From contig JAZRNR010000163.1 in the NCBI GenBank assembly GCA_045648305.1, forward strand, positions 45,929-109,928: a stretch of 64,000 nt of DNA. The letters are read 5' to 3'. Below the pieces are notes generated by a model, which was given only the letters and a program-made list of their open reading frames with translations, had not been told where the DNA came from and did not search any database. This DNA comes from Acutalibacteraceae bacterium. GTDB lineage: Bacteria > Bacillota > Clostridia > Oscillospirales > Acutalibacteraceae. Of the stretch, positions 48,977 through 57,924 are shown piece after piece. Numbering within the stretch: position 1 is the first letter of the stretch; every line of letters begins with the position of its first letter. The position numbers and the translations under genes were made by a program.

Positions 48977-49714
48977 ATGACAAGATTTCTCAGTATGCTT
49001 TTCTCGATTTTTATGTTCTTTTTTTCTTGGATGATACCTGCTGAGACACCTGGTGAGAAGCCTTTTGATCCGTACACTATTGAAATAAATGGTGTAACAT
49101 ATCAGAATGGATTTGTTCCTCAGGATATGCATTTTACAAAGGAATATGATGTTGACAAAGAAAACCCTTTGTATAGTAAGTTTGCTTTACCGGAAACTAT
49201 TAATTATTATCGATTTGAGGATAATTGGATTATCAGACATGAAAGCACAACATGGGCTACTAATGTTCAGGATGTTTTATATTGTCCGATTGGTGAATGG
49301 GAGGAGCTTCACGCGTATTACGCCGACCCCAACAACTATCATTATTATTTTAAAATTCAGCTTGATTTTGGAAACCTTACAACATACGAAATTCCGAATG
49401 TTGATATGGAAATGTTTGAAAGAATAATTCAGTTTGATGAAGATAATAGTTACGGAACAAACAGTTCAAACAAAGCGGAAACCATCAAACTTCCGATTAG
49501 TCATGCTGATAATGTCCGTTTTCAGAAAGAAAGTAAAGACGGATTATTTTATAACCATACTACGGAGTTTACCATATACGAAGGTCGTGTATATTATTAC
49601 AGATATTCCAATATGGCGACTGGTCAGGATGAAGTGGCCGTTCTTCCAAAAGAAATGGAAGACTATATTATTTCATTGCTCAAAACAACTGATTTAAATG
49701 AATATTTTCAATAA
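48977..49714 (+). CDS. candidate immunity protein A for RHS toxin 2
   Basis: N-terminal hydrophobic segment. Paralogous to the next ORF: INGVTYQNGF vs VNGIIYRNKF, and YYYRYSNM...VLPKEMEDYIISLL vs LVYRYYEV...EVPQDLSEYFVSVI. Confidence 0.55.
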   Translation: MTRFLSMLFSIFMFFFSWMIPAETPGEKPFDPYTIEINGVTYQNGFVPQDMHFTKEYDVDKENPLYSKFALPETINYYRFEDNWIIRHESTTWATNVQDVLYCPIGEWEELHAYYADPNNYHYYFKIQLDFGNLTTYEIPNVDMEMFERIIQFDEDNSYGTNSSNKAETIKLPISHADNVRFQKESKDGLFYNHTTEFTIYEGRVYYYRYSNMATGQDEVAVLPKEMEDYIISLLKTTDLNEYFQ

Positions 49715-49741
49715 TCTAAAATTAATAAAGGACAAAAGTAA

Positions 49742-50521
49742 GTGAAAAAAATTAAATATAGTTTAGTTTGCATAGTTACTTTACTTATGTTATCCTCTTG
49801 CACCATAAATCTTTCTGATTCTGATACAACCAATTCTACAACAACTGGTGCAAACGACTCGATTGTTGTGGAAGAGTATAACGAAGACACAGCAGATACA
49901 ACTGCAATTAAGGTTAACGGTATTATCTACCGTAACAAGTTTCAAGGTGATTTGATACTTCAAAACCTAAAGTACAGCGAAGAAGTTGTTCTCCAAAACA
50001 CTGTCGGGAAATTTCACCGCATTGAAGGAACAAAATATGATTTGCTTTACAATGCAAATTCCGAAGTTACAGGTGCATCAGAAAGTGTTTACTGCCGCAA
50101 TGACCAATGGCAGGAGCTTAAAAAGTACTATTCTAACTCGAACAATTTCACATATCAATGCATTGTTAAAGCTGATAACAATTCATCTGAAACCATCGAT
50201 GTGAACAAAATTGATATAGTCAAGCTTAATGAACTTTTAGTTTTCTGCAACGAGAACAAATATGAGCCAAACAGCTTCGCTGAAACGTCCAACAGAACAG
50301 CGTTTTTAACATCAAGTCTTGGTGACAAAACATATCGCTTCAAAATGTCCAGCAAAGACGGGTTATTTTCTGCAGATGCTAAATCATTCAGCATCGTCGA
50401 TAATACTCTTGTTTACAGGTATTATGAAGTGATGTCAGAAAACAAGACCTTGATTATTGAGGTTCCACAGGATTTGAGTGAATATTTTGTATCAGTAATC
50501 AGTAATTTGGATACTAAGTAA
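49742..50521 (+). CDS. candidate immunity protein B (lipoprotein paralogue)
   Basis: Lipobox LLMLSSC. Paralogous to 48977-49714. Confidence 0.55.
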   Translation: MKKIKYSLVCIVTLLMLSSCTINLSDSDTTNSTTTGANDSIVVEEYNEDTADTTAIKVNGIIYRNKFQGDLILQNLKYSEEVVLQNTVGKFHRIEGTKYDLLYNANSEVTGASESVYCRNDQWQELKKYYSNSNNFTYQCIVKADNNSSETIDVNKIDIVKLNELLVFCNENKYEPNSFAETSNRTAFLTSSLGDKTYRFKMSSKDGLFSADAKSFSIVDNTLVYRYYEVMSENKTLIIEVPQDLSEYFVSVISNLDTK

Positions 50522-50543
50522 AACGCAACCCAATATCATAATT

Positions 50544-50590
50544 AAAAAAGCCGATGCTTATTCTTTCGAATAGGCATCGGTTATTTTTTA
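50544..50590. terminator. bidirectional intrinsic terminator
   Basis: A-run, then CCGATGCTTATTC / GAATAGGCATCGG stem, then T-run. It lies between convergent genes. Confidence 0.8.
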
Positions 50591-50634
50591 TTGTATTATC
50601 TGTATGTGTGAGGCTTTTTCCTTGCTTGCTGTCA

Positions 50635-51135
50635 TCAACTTTTAAAATTCAAAAACGCCTTCTTAAACGCACTGATTTTTCTGGATGAAGTATAAACCGA
50701 GTATTCTTTATCACCATATTTCACCTTAGCAAAATCCTTGGTAACCTCGTAAACATAGTTAAGATTAACGATGAAGCTGTGATGAGGCTGCGCAAACACA
50801 TTAAGGTCAAGCAGATTTAACCAATAGTCAATGTTATAATTTGTCTCAACTCTTCTGTCTTTCAGATAGAGCACGGACTTCCTTTTTTCTATCGCAATGT
50901 AAAGAATCTCATGCGGACAAATCCGGAGTATGTCTTTGCTGCTTGTATGTATAATGATGCCTGAATTACAGCAGTACTTCTCACAAGTATTTTCTTCGTC
51001 CTTTAAATCAATGCAGATTCTTTCACATCCGCAACATTCAACCAGATTATATTTTATGCCGTTATCTTCCATAAAACCCAATAGTTTTGATTTTATTTCC
51101 TCTTTTGTAGTAACTTTGTATGCCGTTGAATCCAT
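50635..51135 (-). CDS. stand-alone LytTR-domain DNA-binding protein with Cys-rich N-terminal region
   Basis: The C-terminal half ILRICPHEILYIAIEKRKSVLYLKDRRVETNYNIDYWL....FAQPHHSFIVNLNYV fits LytTR. The N-terminal region is VECCGCERICIDLKDEENTCEKYCC. No receiver domain is present. Confidence 0.7.
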   Translation of the reverse strand: MDSTAYKVTTKEEIKSKLLGFMEDNGIKYNLVECCGCERICIDLKDEENTCEKYCCNSGIIIHTSSKDILRICPHEILYIAIEKRKSVLYLKDRRVETNYNIDYWLNLLDLNVFAQPHHSFIVNLNYVYEVTKDFAKVKYGDKEYSVYTSSRKISAFKKAFLNFKS

Positions 51136-51467
51136 AAAAATACCATCCTCAATTTAGATACAGAAATAAATTTCTATATATAAATGAAGAAAATGACAAA
51201 ATGTCCCACGAAAATTTCACTTTTTTCAAACTTTCGCTGTTTTCGACAAATGCGGATGATTATAATTGTGCATAATTATATTATGTAAAACAGGTTAATA
51301 TCATAATTTTCTGCAGCATTTTTATTAATAAGAAATTTAACCGCAAAAAGCATCTTCTACAACACTTGTTAAAAAAGTTTTCTGACTTAACTTTTTTGAC
51401 ATAATTTCACAAAACTGTTATAATTATCCAGGTTTATAAATTATTTGAGGAAGAGGACTGGTATAGG

Positions 51468-52016
51468 TTGATTAGCGCAGAAAGGGCAAAAGAAATTGCT
51501 GATTTATACTATGATGACGTATATCATCTTTGTTATTCAAGGCTTAAAAAGGAAACGGATGCATCCGATGTTACTCAGGAGGTTTTCCTTTTCTTTCAGG
51601 AGAACTGTAACGAACTCGAAGATAGTTTTATCAAAGCGTGGCTTTATAAGGTTGCTGACAATAAAATAAAGGAAGAGTTCAGAAGCATAGCCAAGCGTGA
51701 GAAGGAGCTCATCTTCGGAACTGTATTCGGAACACAGACAAGTGCGGATATTCTCTACGAAATGGAAGAGGATAATAAGATAACCGACGAAGAGCTTGAA
51801 GAAAAGAAGCAAGGAATACTTTCTTCGCTGAGTGAAAAGGAGCTTGAACTCTTTGAAATGGTTTACACAAAGCGTATGGAATATGCTGAACTTGCAAAGG
51901 CACTTGATACTACTGAACATGCGGTAAGGTCGAGAGTTTACAGATTGAGACTGAAAATCAAAGATAAAGCAGCATTTGTATTTATGGCACTTTTACTTCT
52001 TTTTATGAAATTATAA
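51468..52016 (+). CDS. ECF-type RNA polymerase sigma factor
   Basis: Region 2-like DVTQEVFLFF and region 4-like MEYAELAKALDTTEHAVRSRVYRLRLKI. The start codon is TTG. Confidence 0.75.
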   Translation: MISAERAKEIADLYYDDVYHLCYSRLKKETDASDVTQEVFLFFQENCNELEDSFIKAWLYKVADNKIKEEFRSIAKREKELIFGTVFGTQTSADILYEMEEDNKITDEELEEKKQGILSSLSEKELELFEMVYTKRMEYAELAKALDTTEHAVRSRVYRLRLKIKDKAAFVFMALLLLFMKL

Positions 52017-52129
52017 AAATTTTTCAAAAAAATATAAATTTTTTGCGTGACAAATTGCATTTTCTTTCATATATATTTGAAGGAGGTTTTACATTTATTG
52101 AAGCATAAATACGGGAGGTGAACAAATCC

Positions 52130-52933
52130 ATGGAAAACGAACACAATAAGGCGACTGAGAATCAGACCTTAAAGGACAAGCTTATGGCAATCATTTTGCT
52201 TGAAACTGCAAAGGATTATAAGAAAATGGACAGTGACCTTGTGACGGAATGTGTTGATTTTCTTATGGAGCTGGAAGGAATACCAAGACTTACTAAAGAA
52301 GAAATTGAACAAAGAGTAAATGAAATACCGTTTAAAGGCAAGGTAATGGCTCTGAACTCTTATGCTAAGAAAAAGCTGAGAGCTAAGCGTATTGCTATCA
52401 TAGCCGCTGTGCTCGCGGTACTTATTGCACTCTTGGGTATATTTGCTATCAGTTCGGGCGGTGTTATTGAAGAATTTTTCAGAAAAGTGGGTGACTCCAT
52501 TAGCGAAATCCTTGATGACGGTCCGAAAGAACATAGCGGTATAACATTTTATAAAAATGACAAAACAATAACATATTCCTCACTAGAAGAATTCAAAGAA
52601 AGTGAAGGAGTAGATATTTTATATCCGACATGGTTGCCGGAAGATGAAAAGATTATTGAAATCAGTTATTTAGTTGAAGGGGAAACAGAAATATACTTGT
52701 TGTGTTCAAGTGAACCAGATCACAGTATTGCTATAGACGTTGATACTGAATTGGCCGATGACTTTAAGTTGAATTGTGAAGAAAAAGAAGTTTTAGATTA
52801 TTTGGTATATTACGAGAGCACACCTTTGTTTGTACAAGGCAACTTTGTCCATGATAATAACGTTTATCGTGTGAAAGCTGATACAGAAGATAATCTTTTC
52901 AGAATTATTGAAAATCTGAAGGAGATTAACTGA
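52130..52933 (+). CDS. putative anti-sigma factor (single TM)
   Basis: Follows the sigma gene. Central TM segment IAIIAAVLAVLIALLGIFAI. The start could be GTG 52118 or ATG 52130. Confidence 0.55.
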   Translation: MENEHNKATENQTLKDKLMAIILLETAKDYKKMDSDLVTECVDFLMELEGIPRLTKEEIEQRVNEIPFKGKVMALNSYAKKKLRAKRIAIIAAVLAVLIALLGIFAISSGGVIEEFFRKVGDSISEILDDGPKEHSGITFYKNDKTITYSSLEEFKESEGVDILYPTWLPEDEKIIEISYLVEGETEIYLLCSSEPDHSIAIDVDTELADDFKLNCEEKEVLDYLVYYESTPLFVQGNFVHDNNVYRVKADTEDNLFRIIENLKEIN

Positions 52934-52935
52934 TT

Positions 52936-53328
52936 ATGAAAAGAATAATTGCACTTATTATGGTAGTTGTTTCACTCTTTTGTATGATGTCTGTTTCAGC
53001 AGGTGCTCAGGGAGTGGACGAAGATACGGTTATTATTACCGCAAACGAAACAGTATTTATTTTTGATGCAGACACAACTGTAGATTTTCGCGAGAAATTT
53101 ATTGCAAATTACTTTAACGGTGAAGACGACGGTGTAACAACTTACGGTCTTACGTGTACGCTTTTCGGACACAAGATTGAAACAACATCTGTTACTACTG
53201 TAACACACAAAGCTAAAGCAACATCACCTCGTTGTCTGCGTGAAATATATGATGTTGATAATTGCACACGGTGTGACTATACGAAATCAACAAAGAAGGA
53301 TGCTACATACATCGTTTGCTGTGCATAA
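52936..53328 (+). CDS. small secreted Cys-rich protein
   Basis: Signal peptide MKRIIALIMVVVSLFCMMSVSAGA. C-terminal cysteines in CLREIYDVDNCTRCDY....YIVCCA. Confidence 0.55.
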   Translation: MKRIIALIMVVVSLFCMMSVSAGAQGVDEDTVIITANETVFIFDADTTVDFREKFIANYFNGEDDGVTTYGLTCTLFGHKIETTSVTTVTHKAKATSPRCLREIYDVDNCTRCDYTKSTKKDATYIVCCA

Positions 53329-53391
53329 ACTAATCATTGCCGATGTGCTTAACTGCATATCGGCAATAACCTTTGAATAGGGTGAGAGAAT

Positions 53392-53877
53392 ATGAAAGAA
53401 AAACTAATCGTCAGCTTTTTCGGCCATAGGTTCATTGACGATTCTCAGACAGTTGAACAAAAGCTCTATGAACTCCTCCGCATTATAATGAGCAGGGGAG
53501 ACAGAGAGGTCGAGTTCCTAGTCGGCAGAAATGGCGACTTTGACCTGATGACAGCGTCCGTTGTGCGAAGACTTAAAAAGGAATTAAACGCTGAAAATGT
53601 TTTTCTCACCCTCGTTCTGCCCTATGAAACCGCTGAATTGAGAAACAACGCTGAAGCTTTTGAAAACTATTACGATTCAATAGAAATCAGCGAAGCATCT
53701 GCCGATAAGAATTTTAAATATGCTATTACAGCAAGAAACAGAGATATGATCGACAGGTCAGATGTGGTTGTTGTTTACGTCAAAAATCAATCAGGCGGTG
53801 CGTATCAGTCTCTCAGATATGCAGAGAAAAATGATAAACGAATTATAATTTTATATAGCGAACAAAATGAAAACTAA
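53392..53877 (+). CDS. DUF1273/YpsA-like SLOG-family protein (second copy)
   Basis: N-terminal VSFFGHR motif and VVVVYVKNQSGGAY. Same architecture as 24099-24605. Confidence 0.55.
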   Translation: MKEKLIVSFFGHRFIDDSQTVEQKLYELLRIIMSRGDREVEFLVGRNGDFDLMTASVVRRLKKELNAENVFLTLVLPYETAELRNNAEAFENYYDSIEISEASADKNFKYAITARNRDMIDRSDVVVVYVKNQSGGAYQSLRYAEKNDKRIIILYSEQNEN

Positions 53878-53912
53878 CCGAATTTGCTTATGCAGATTCG
53901 GTTAGTTTTTTT
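53875..53912 (+). terminator. intrinsic terminator
   Basis: TAACCGAAT / ATTCGGTTA stem followed by a T7 run. Confidence 0.75.
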
Positions 53913-53970
53913 CGTGACAAACCTCGAATTCGGTCATATATAGTTATATGACAATTTCAGAGGTGATATT

Positions 53971-54168
53971 TTGAAAGAGTACAAACGCTGTATTAGTGTG
54001 ATAAGAACATATCTAAATGACACAACACTTAAACTTAATGTGAAGAAATTGGATACACTTATCAGCCAAGAACTCGAAAAGCCTGCAAATGAAATGGACA
54101 CACAATTAATTGACCTCTGCCTCAATGCACTTGTAGCATACCGAATATATATGTCAGACAGACAATGA
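53971..54168 (+). CDS. short ORF resembling an anti-sigma N-terminal fragment
   Basis: TTG start follows GAGGTG. MDTQLIDLCLNALVA resembles MDSDLVTECVDFLME of 52130-52933. May be a remnant. Confidence 0.3.
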   Translation: MKEYKRCISVIRTYLNDTTLKLNVKKLDTLISQELEKPANEMDTQLIDLCLNALVAYRIYMSDRQ

Positions 54169-54275
54169 TAGAGTGTATAGGTGGATTAAAATAAATAATG
54201 GGATTATATATTAGTATTTTAACATTACAAATTTCTATATTAGGTTTTATAGCACAACTAACCGGCTGAACAATA

Positions 54276-54668
54276 TTATTCTATTATTGCCTTTACTATG
54301 GATGATGTTTGCCACTTTACAATTTTAGTTGCATTGTTCTTTACAATGGTTGATGTTCTTTCAGATCCCCAAGGTTCTATGGCGATGATTTTTTTACCCA
54401 TTTCTTGTGCTAGTTCAATTTCAATGTTTATCCATTTGCTGTATGTAGAATAAACACCTGCTAATATTAGAATACAACTAGCATGTTTTATTTGATTTCG
54501 AATTGCTTCTTTTAATTGATAATCGTACTTTGCATTGTGTATAGGATCATCTTTAGGAACTGAATAGTTTTTATAAGAAAAATTATCAGCAGAATCTAAA
54601 AGATTAATCAATTTTTCATATGCATCGGAATAAGCCCATGAATGGCTAATAAAAAGATTATATGTCAT
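54276..54668 (-). CDS. TIR-like protein (DUF1863 / ThsB-like)
   Basis: N-terminal NLFISHSW. ILILAGVYSTYSKWINIEIELAQEMGKKIIAIEPWG carries a conserved Glu in the S.W...E context. Confidence 0.7.
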   Translation of the reverse strand: MTYNLFISHSWAYSDAYEKLINLLDSADNFSYKNYSVPKDDPIHNAKYDYQLKEAIRNQIKHASCILILAGVYSTYSKWINIEIELAQEMGKKIIAIEPWGSERTSTIVKNNATKIVKWQTSSIVKAIIE

Positions 54669-54676
54669 AATGTAAA

Positions 54677-55141
54677 TTACCTCAACTTTCGTTTTAATTC
54701 TTGATAAAAAGCATGTGTATCGATCTTTTTTGCACTTGATAATCCGTAATGTTCTAATATGTAGCTTTCTTCATAAGACTGTCTAACATCAACATACGTA
54801 GCAATATCATCTGAATTTTTCAATCTTGGCCAATAACTTAAGTAATCAGGTAGCTCTACATCTGATGACAAAAAGCTTGCCGTTGGCATATCTTTTTGAG
54901 CGGACATGCCTATTTCAAACGGAACCCACCAAGATTTCTTGGTAGACTCAGTCATTACGACAATTACGTCAGTGCAGGAGTTTAAATTTTTCTTGATGTG
55001 TTCAGTGAGTGCCTTACCGTCATTTGCTATTTCATTATCTAATACATCAAGGTATGACGAAACTCCGTTTTCATCTAATGTACGTTTCACCCATAATGCA
55101 CGTAGCTCGTCTTCTTTTTTATGAGAAATAAAAACCTTCAT
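54677..55141 (-). CDS. TIR-domain protein
   Basis: N-terminal MKVFISHKKEDE. VIVVMTESTKKSWWVPFEIGMS provides the candidate catalytic Glu. Its start overlaps the upstream stop as TAATG. Confidence 0.7.
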   Translation of the reverse strand: MKVFISHKKEDELRALWVKRTLDENGVSSYLDVLDNEIANDGKALTEHIKKNLNSCTDVIVVMTESTKKSWWVPFEIGMSAQKDMPTASFLSSDVELPDYLSYWPRLKNSDDIATYVDVRQSYEESYILEHYGLSSAKKIDTHAFYQELKRKLR

Positions 55142-55629
55142 TATGCTCCACCTCCTTTGCAATTACAAATTATTTCCAACAGTTTTTTACCAATAGGAAC
55201 AAGAATCGAAATTGAATATAGGACAATGAATAAAATCGGAATAATTTTTTCTATAGTAGTTAGTCTTATATATTTCTTATTGTTGTTCAGCTTTTCCCAT
55301 TCATATGAAAAGGGAGAGAGTGGTAATTGCTGTTCTATTTCGTTTATAATGTCATATTTTACTTTGCTAAGCCTGCTGTAACTATTAAGTGTGTATAACC
55401 ATAAAAAACAAATGCACATACCCGCCAACGACAACAGTAAACTTTTATATTCAATGGAAAAACTGATTACTGCTAATATGGCAACATTAATTGTTATAAA
55501 AATATTATTAGAATTGTTTCTTTTTTCAGAATTGCAATTTGCCATTTCGACACATGTTTTCCACTGTTCTAAAACAGTTGGCTTGTATTTTTCTCCATAT
55601 GTTGTTTTATCAGTTGAGTATAAAGTCAT
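55141..55629 (-). CDS. small multi-TM protein (SLATT/DUF4231-like candidate effector)
   Basis: First gene of the operon, with AGGAG RBS. Amphipathic N-helix LEQWKTCVEMANCNSEKR. TM segments IFITINVAILAVISFSI, LLLSLAGMCICFLWLYTL and IIPILFIVLYSISILVPIG. Confidence 0.55.
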   Translation of the reverse strand: MTLYSTDKTTYGEKYKPTVLEQWKTCVEMANCNSEKRNNSNNIFITINVAILAVISFSIEYKSLLLSLAGMCICFLWLYTLNSYSRLSKVKYDIINEIEQQLPLSPFSYEWEKLNNNKKYIRLTTIEKIIPILFIVLYSISILVPIGKKLLEIICNCKGGGA

Positions 55630-56067
55630 AAATATCTACTCCTATGTAATTTTTGATACTTCTTTATGATTTTAACTGGTTCTAATGCCCAATTTATTAG
55701 TACACTTTTAGATTATACAAAACTAAATTATGTATTCAATATTGTTTGCAAAAATGCTTCATTTTTTGACAAAAATGATCGATTTTTGTATGAGTTATAC
55801 ATTAAATTTCAATGTTGCTTTATAATGTACAATATTTACCAGGGAGTATAAATATTATGTTTTTGCGTCGTTTTTGAGTGTTTATTAAGTTGAAAAACCA
55901 TAAAAGCTTACTTTTTTGCAATATTTCAATGCATTTTTGCAAATTTAATGAATATTTGATCGAAAGAGTCTAGAATATGCATATAAACATATAGAAAAAT
56001 AGAAATTTATGGTTTAAGTGTTACTTTTCTTGATTTCATTTGTTTTAAATAATTGTAAGGATGTAGA

Positions 56068-56979
56068 TTACAATTTATTTCGATAATTATATTTATTTAA
56101 AACTTGTTTTTTTCGCTTGGTGGAGACCTCGGTATATATTTCAGTTGTTGCCACGCTACTATGACCAAGAATTTCTTGAACAGAACGTAAATCCGCTCCA
56201 TTTGAGAGAAGATTTGTCGCAAATGTGTGTCGCAAATAATGTGGTGTTGAATTTTCATTAATTCCACAGGCTCTTTTTGCCGAATTATATATGTATTCTA
56301 TACCATGAATACTCAGTTGCTCACCAAAACGGTTTACAAATATCTTGTCTGTATTTACCGGTCTGTTATTGCGGATTTTCAGCCATCGTGTAAGGTTGGT
56401 CCAAGTGTCGTTACAGGATATATAAATGAGCCTTTGTTTTCGACCTTTACCGTGGATAAGAATTGTCCGTTCAGAAAAAATCACATCACTAAGTGCGATG
56501 TTTGACGCCTCGGCGATTCTTATGCCGGTACTAATTAAAATATCAATTAATGCAAGGTTGCGGGAATTCTTCCATGAATCAAAAAATGTTGTTTTCTTTT
56601 CAGCACGGTTAGAAAGATAGGTTAGCAACTTTGATGTTTCTCTGACTGCCAACGTTTTTGGAAGCCTCCGCTCTTTCTTGTAGCGGAAATGATGATTCTG
56701 GTAATAATTGACATCAGTATAACCTTGCTCACAAAGAAAACTAAAAAACATTTTCAGCGTAATTAGCTTTCGGCAAATTGTGTTGTCTTTGAGGTCTCGC
56801 TCTTTGGATAACACCTGCACATATTTCAGGATAACCGTTTCATCAAGCTCATTGTCTTGTAGAAATACCTGAAAATCCTTTAAATCCGAACGATAAGCCG
56901 TTATCGTTTTATCGGATAAATTTTTTGTAGATTGGATGACTTGTATAAATTCATCACTTGCTGTTTTTATACTTCTCAT
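56068..56979 (-). CDS. tyrosine recombinase (XerC/XerD-like)
   Basis: SAM-like N-domain. Catalytic region GIRIAEA, HGKGRKQR, HYLRHTFATNLL and LGHSSVATTEIYTEV. Confidence 0.9.
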   Translation of the reverse strand: MRSIKTASDEFIQVIQSTKNLSDKTITAYRSDLKDFQVFLQDNELDETVILKYVQVLSKERDLKDNTICRKLITLKMFFSFLCEQGYTDVNYYQNHHFRYKKERRLPKTLAVRETSKLLTYLSNRAEKKTTFFDSWKNSRNLALIDILISTGIRIAEASNIALSDVIFSERTILIHGKGRKQRLIYISCNDTWTNLTRWLKIRNNRPVNTDKIFVNRFGEQLSIHGIEYIYNSAKRACGINENSTPHYLRHTFATNLLSNGADLRSVQEILGHSSVATTEIYTEVSTKRKKQVLNKYNYRNKL

Positions 56980-56986
56980 TTGATCG

Positions 56987-57042
56987 CTCCTCGAAATTTT
57001 GAAAATGTGTTCGCAAAATCATTTTAACAGAATTTCGAGGAG
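56987..57042 (-). promoter_or_regulatory. hairpin able to sequester the recombinase Shine-Dalgarno
   Basis: CTCCTCGAAATT (56987-56998) is the exact reverse complement of AATTTCGAGGAG (57031-57042). The proximal arm contains the GAGGAG RBS, 7 nt from the start codon. Confidence 0.5.
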
Positions 57043-57050
57043 ATTAAAAT

Positions 57051-57108
57051 TACTTACAATAACTATAAATTATTGTAAGAAAAATAAGATAGATAACTAT
57101 TTGTTATC
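57051..57108. repeat. left copy of 58-bp perfect inverted repeat
   Basis: Exact reverse complement of 59742-59799. Contains a 10-7-10 palindrome (CTTACAATAA CTATAAA TTATTGTAAG) and a 6-5-6 palindrome (GATAAC TATTT GTTATC). Confidence 0.95.
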
Positions 57109-57126
57109 CTAAACAGGAGAGAAAAT

Positions 57127-57924
57127 ATGTCAAATATTAAACACGAATATTTAATAGAAACAATTGAAGATTTATGTAGCACTATCGAAATAATTAAAAA
57201 TGAACTTTCCAAATACAATAGCGATAAAGTTAAATACAAAACTTTATGGTATAGGGGACAACAAAATTCCAGTTGGGAAATTGTGCCATCGATTCAAAGA
57301 AAAGATAATATGGTAAACGAACAAGTTTTTTCTCACTCGTTTTATCATAATGCAAGTCAAATTATGGCAACAAAAATACCCAAAGTAGCATATGATCAAT
57401 GGATTTCAATAATGCAACACTATGGCTTACCTACGCGTCTTTTGGATTGGTCATATTCACCTTTGGTGGCATTGTTTTTTGCTTTGTCCGATTCAGAAAA
57501 TACCACCAATGAGTATTCAAGCATTACAATTATTTGTCCTGAAATGATTAATTTCAAACAAGGTTTTGATCCATATATTTATCCCATGGATTCTGAATGT
57601 GCATTTAGTTTATTAAGACCAGCCTTCAGTACTCATTATGAAAGTTCGAATAAGATTTTAGCATGCTTTTCTACTAGTAATGATTTACGAATTTATGCAC
57701 AACGAGCAGCTTTCACAATTCATGATACAAATACAAAGTTATGTGATATCTGTGATGATCCCTGTATATTCACTATCTTAATTCCATCGGAAAGGAAAGC
57801 ATATTTTCAAAACATTTTAAAAAACTTTGAAATAAACGAGAAGTATATGTATCCAGATTTATCTCATATAGCAAAACAAGTGATTAAAAATCGAAGAGTT
57901 CAAAACCAGGAAGTGCCAATATGA
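57127..57924 (+). CDS. FRG-domain protein
   Basis: Motif LWYRGQQNSSWEIVPSIQR and HYGLPTRLLDWSYSPLVALFFAL. AGGAGAG RBS. Confidence 0.7.
   Translation: MSNIKHEYLIETIEDLCSTIEIIKNELSKYNSDKVKYKTLWYRGQQNSSWEIVPSIQRKDNMVNEQVFSHSFYHNASQIMATKIPKVAYDQWISIMQHYGLPTRLLDWSYSPLVALFFALSDSENTTNEYSSITIICPEMINFKQGFDPYIYPMDSECAFSLLRPAFSTHYESSNKILACFSTSNDLRIYAQRAAFTIHDTNTKLCDICDDPCIFTILIPSERKAYFQNILKNFEINEKYMYPDLSHIAKQVIKNRRVQNQEVPI

Noticed and set aside
55666-55851. 61-aa ORF in the AT-rich spacer between the TIR operon and the recombinase
   Set aside because: It has no RBS and its composition is typical of AT-rich non-coding DNA. The region more likely holds promoters.
55740-55950. Further CGTTTTTG-like and TTTTTGC strings near 55.75-55.95 kb as additional LytTR sites
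   Set aside because: Their spacing is irregular (about 9 nt, not 21). The region is so AT-rich that such strings are expected by chance.
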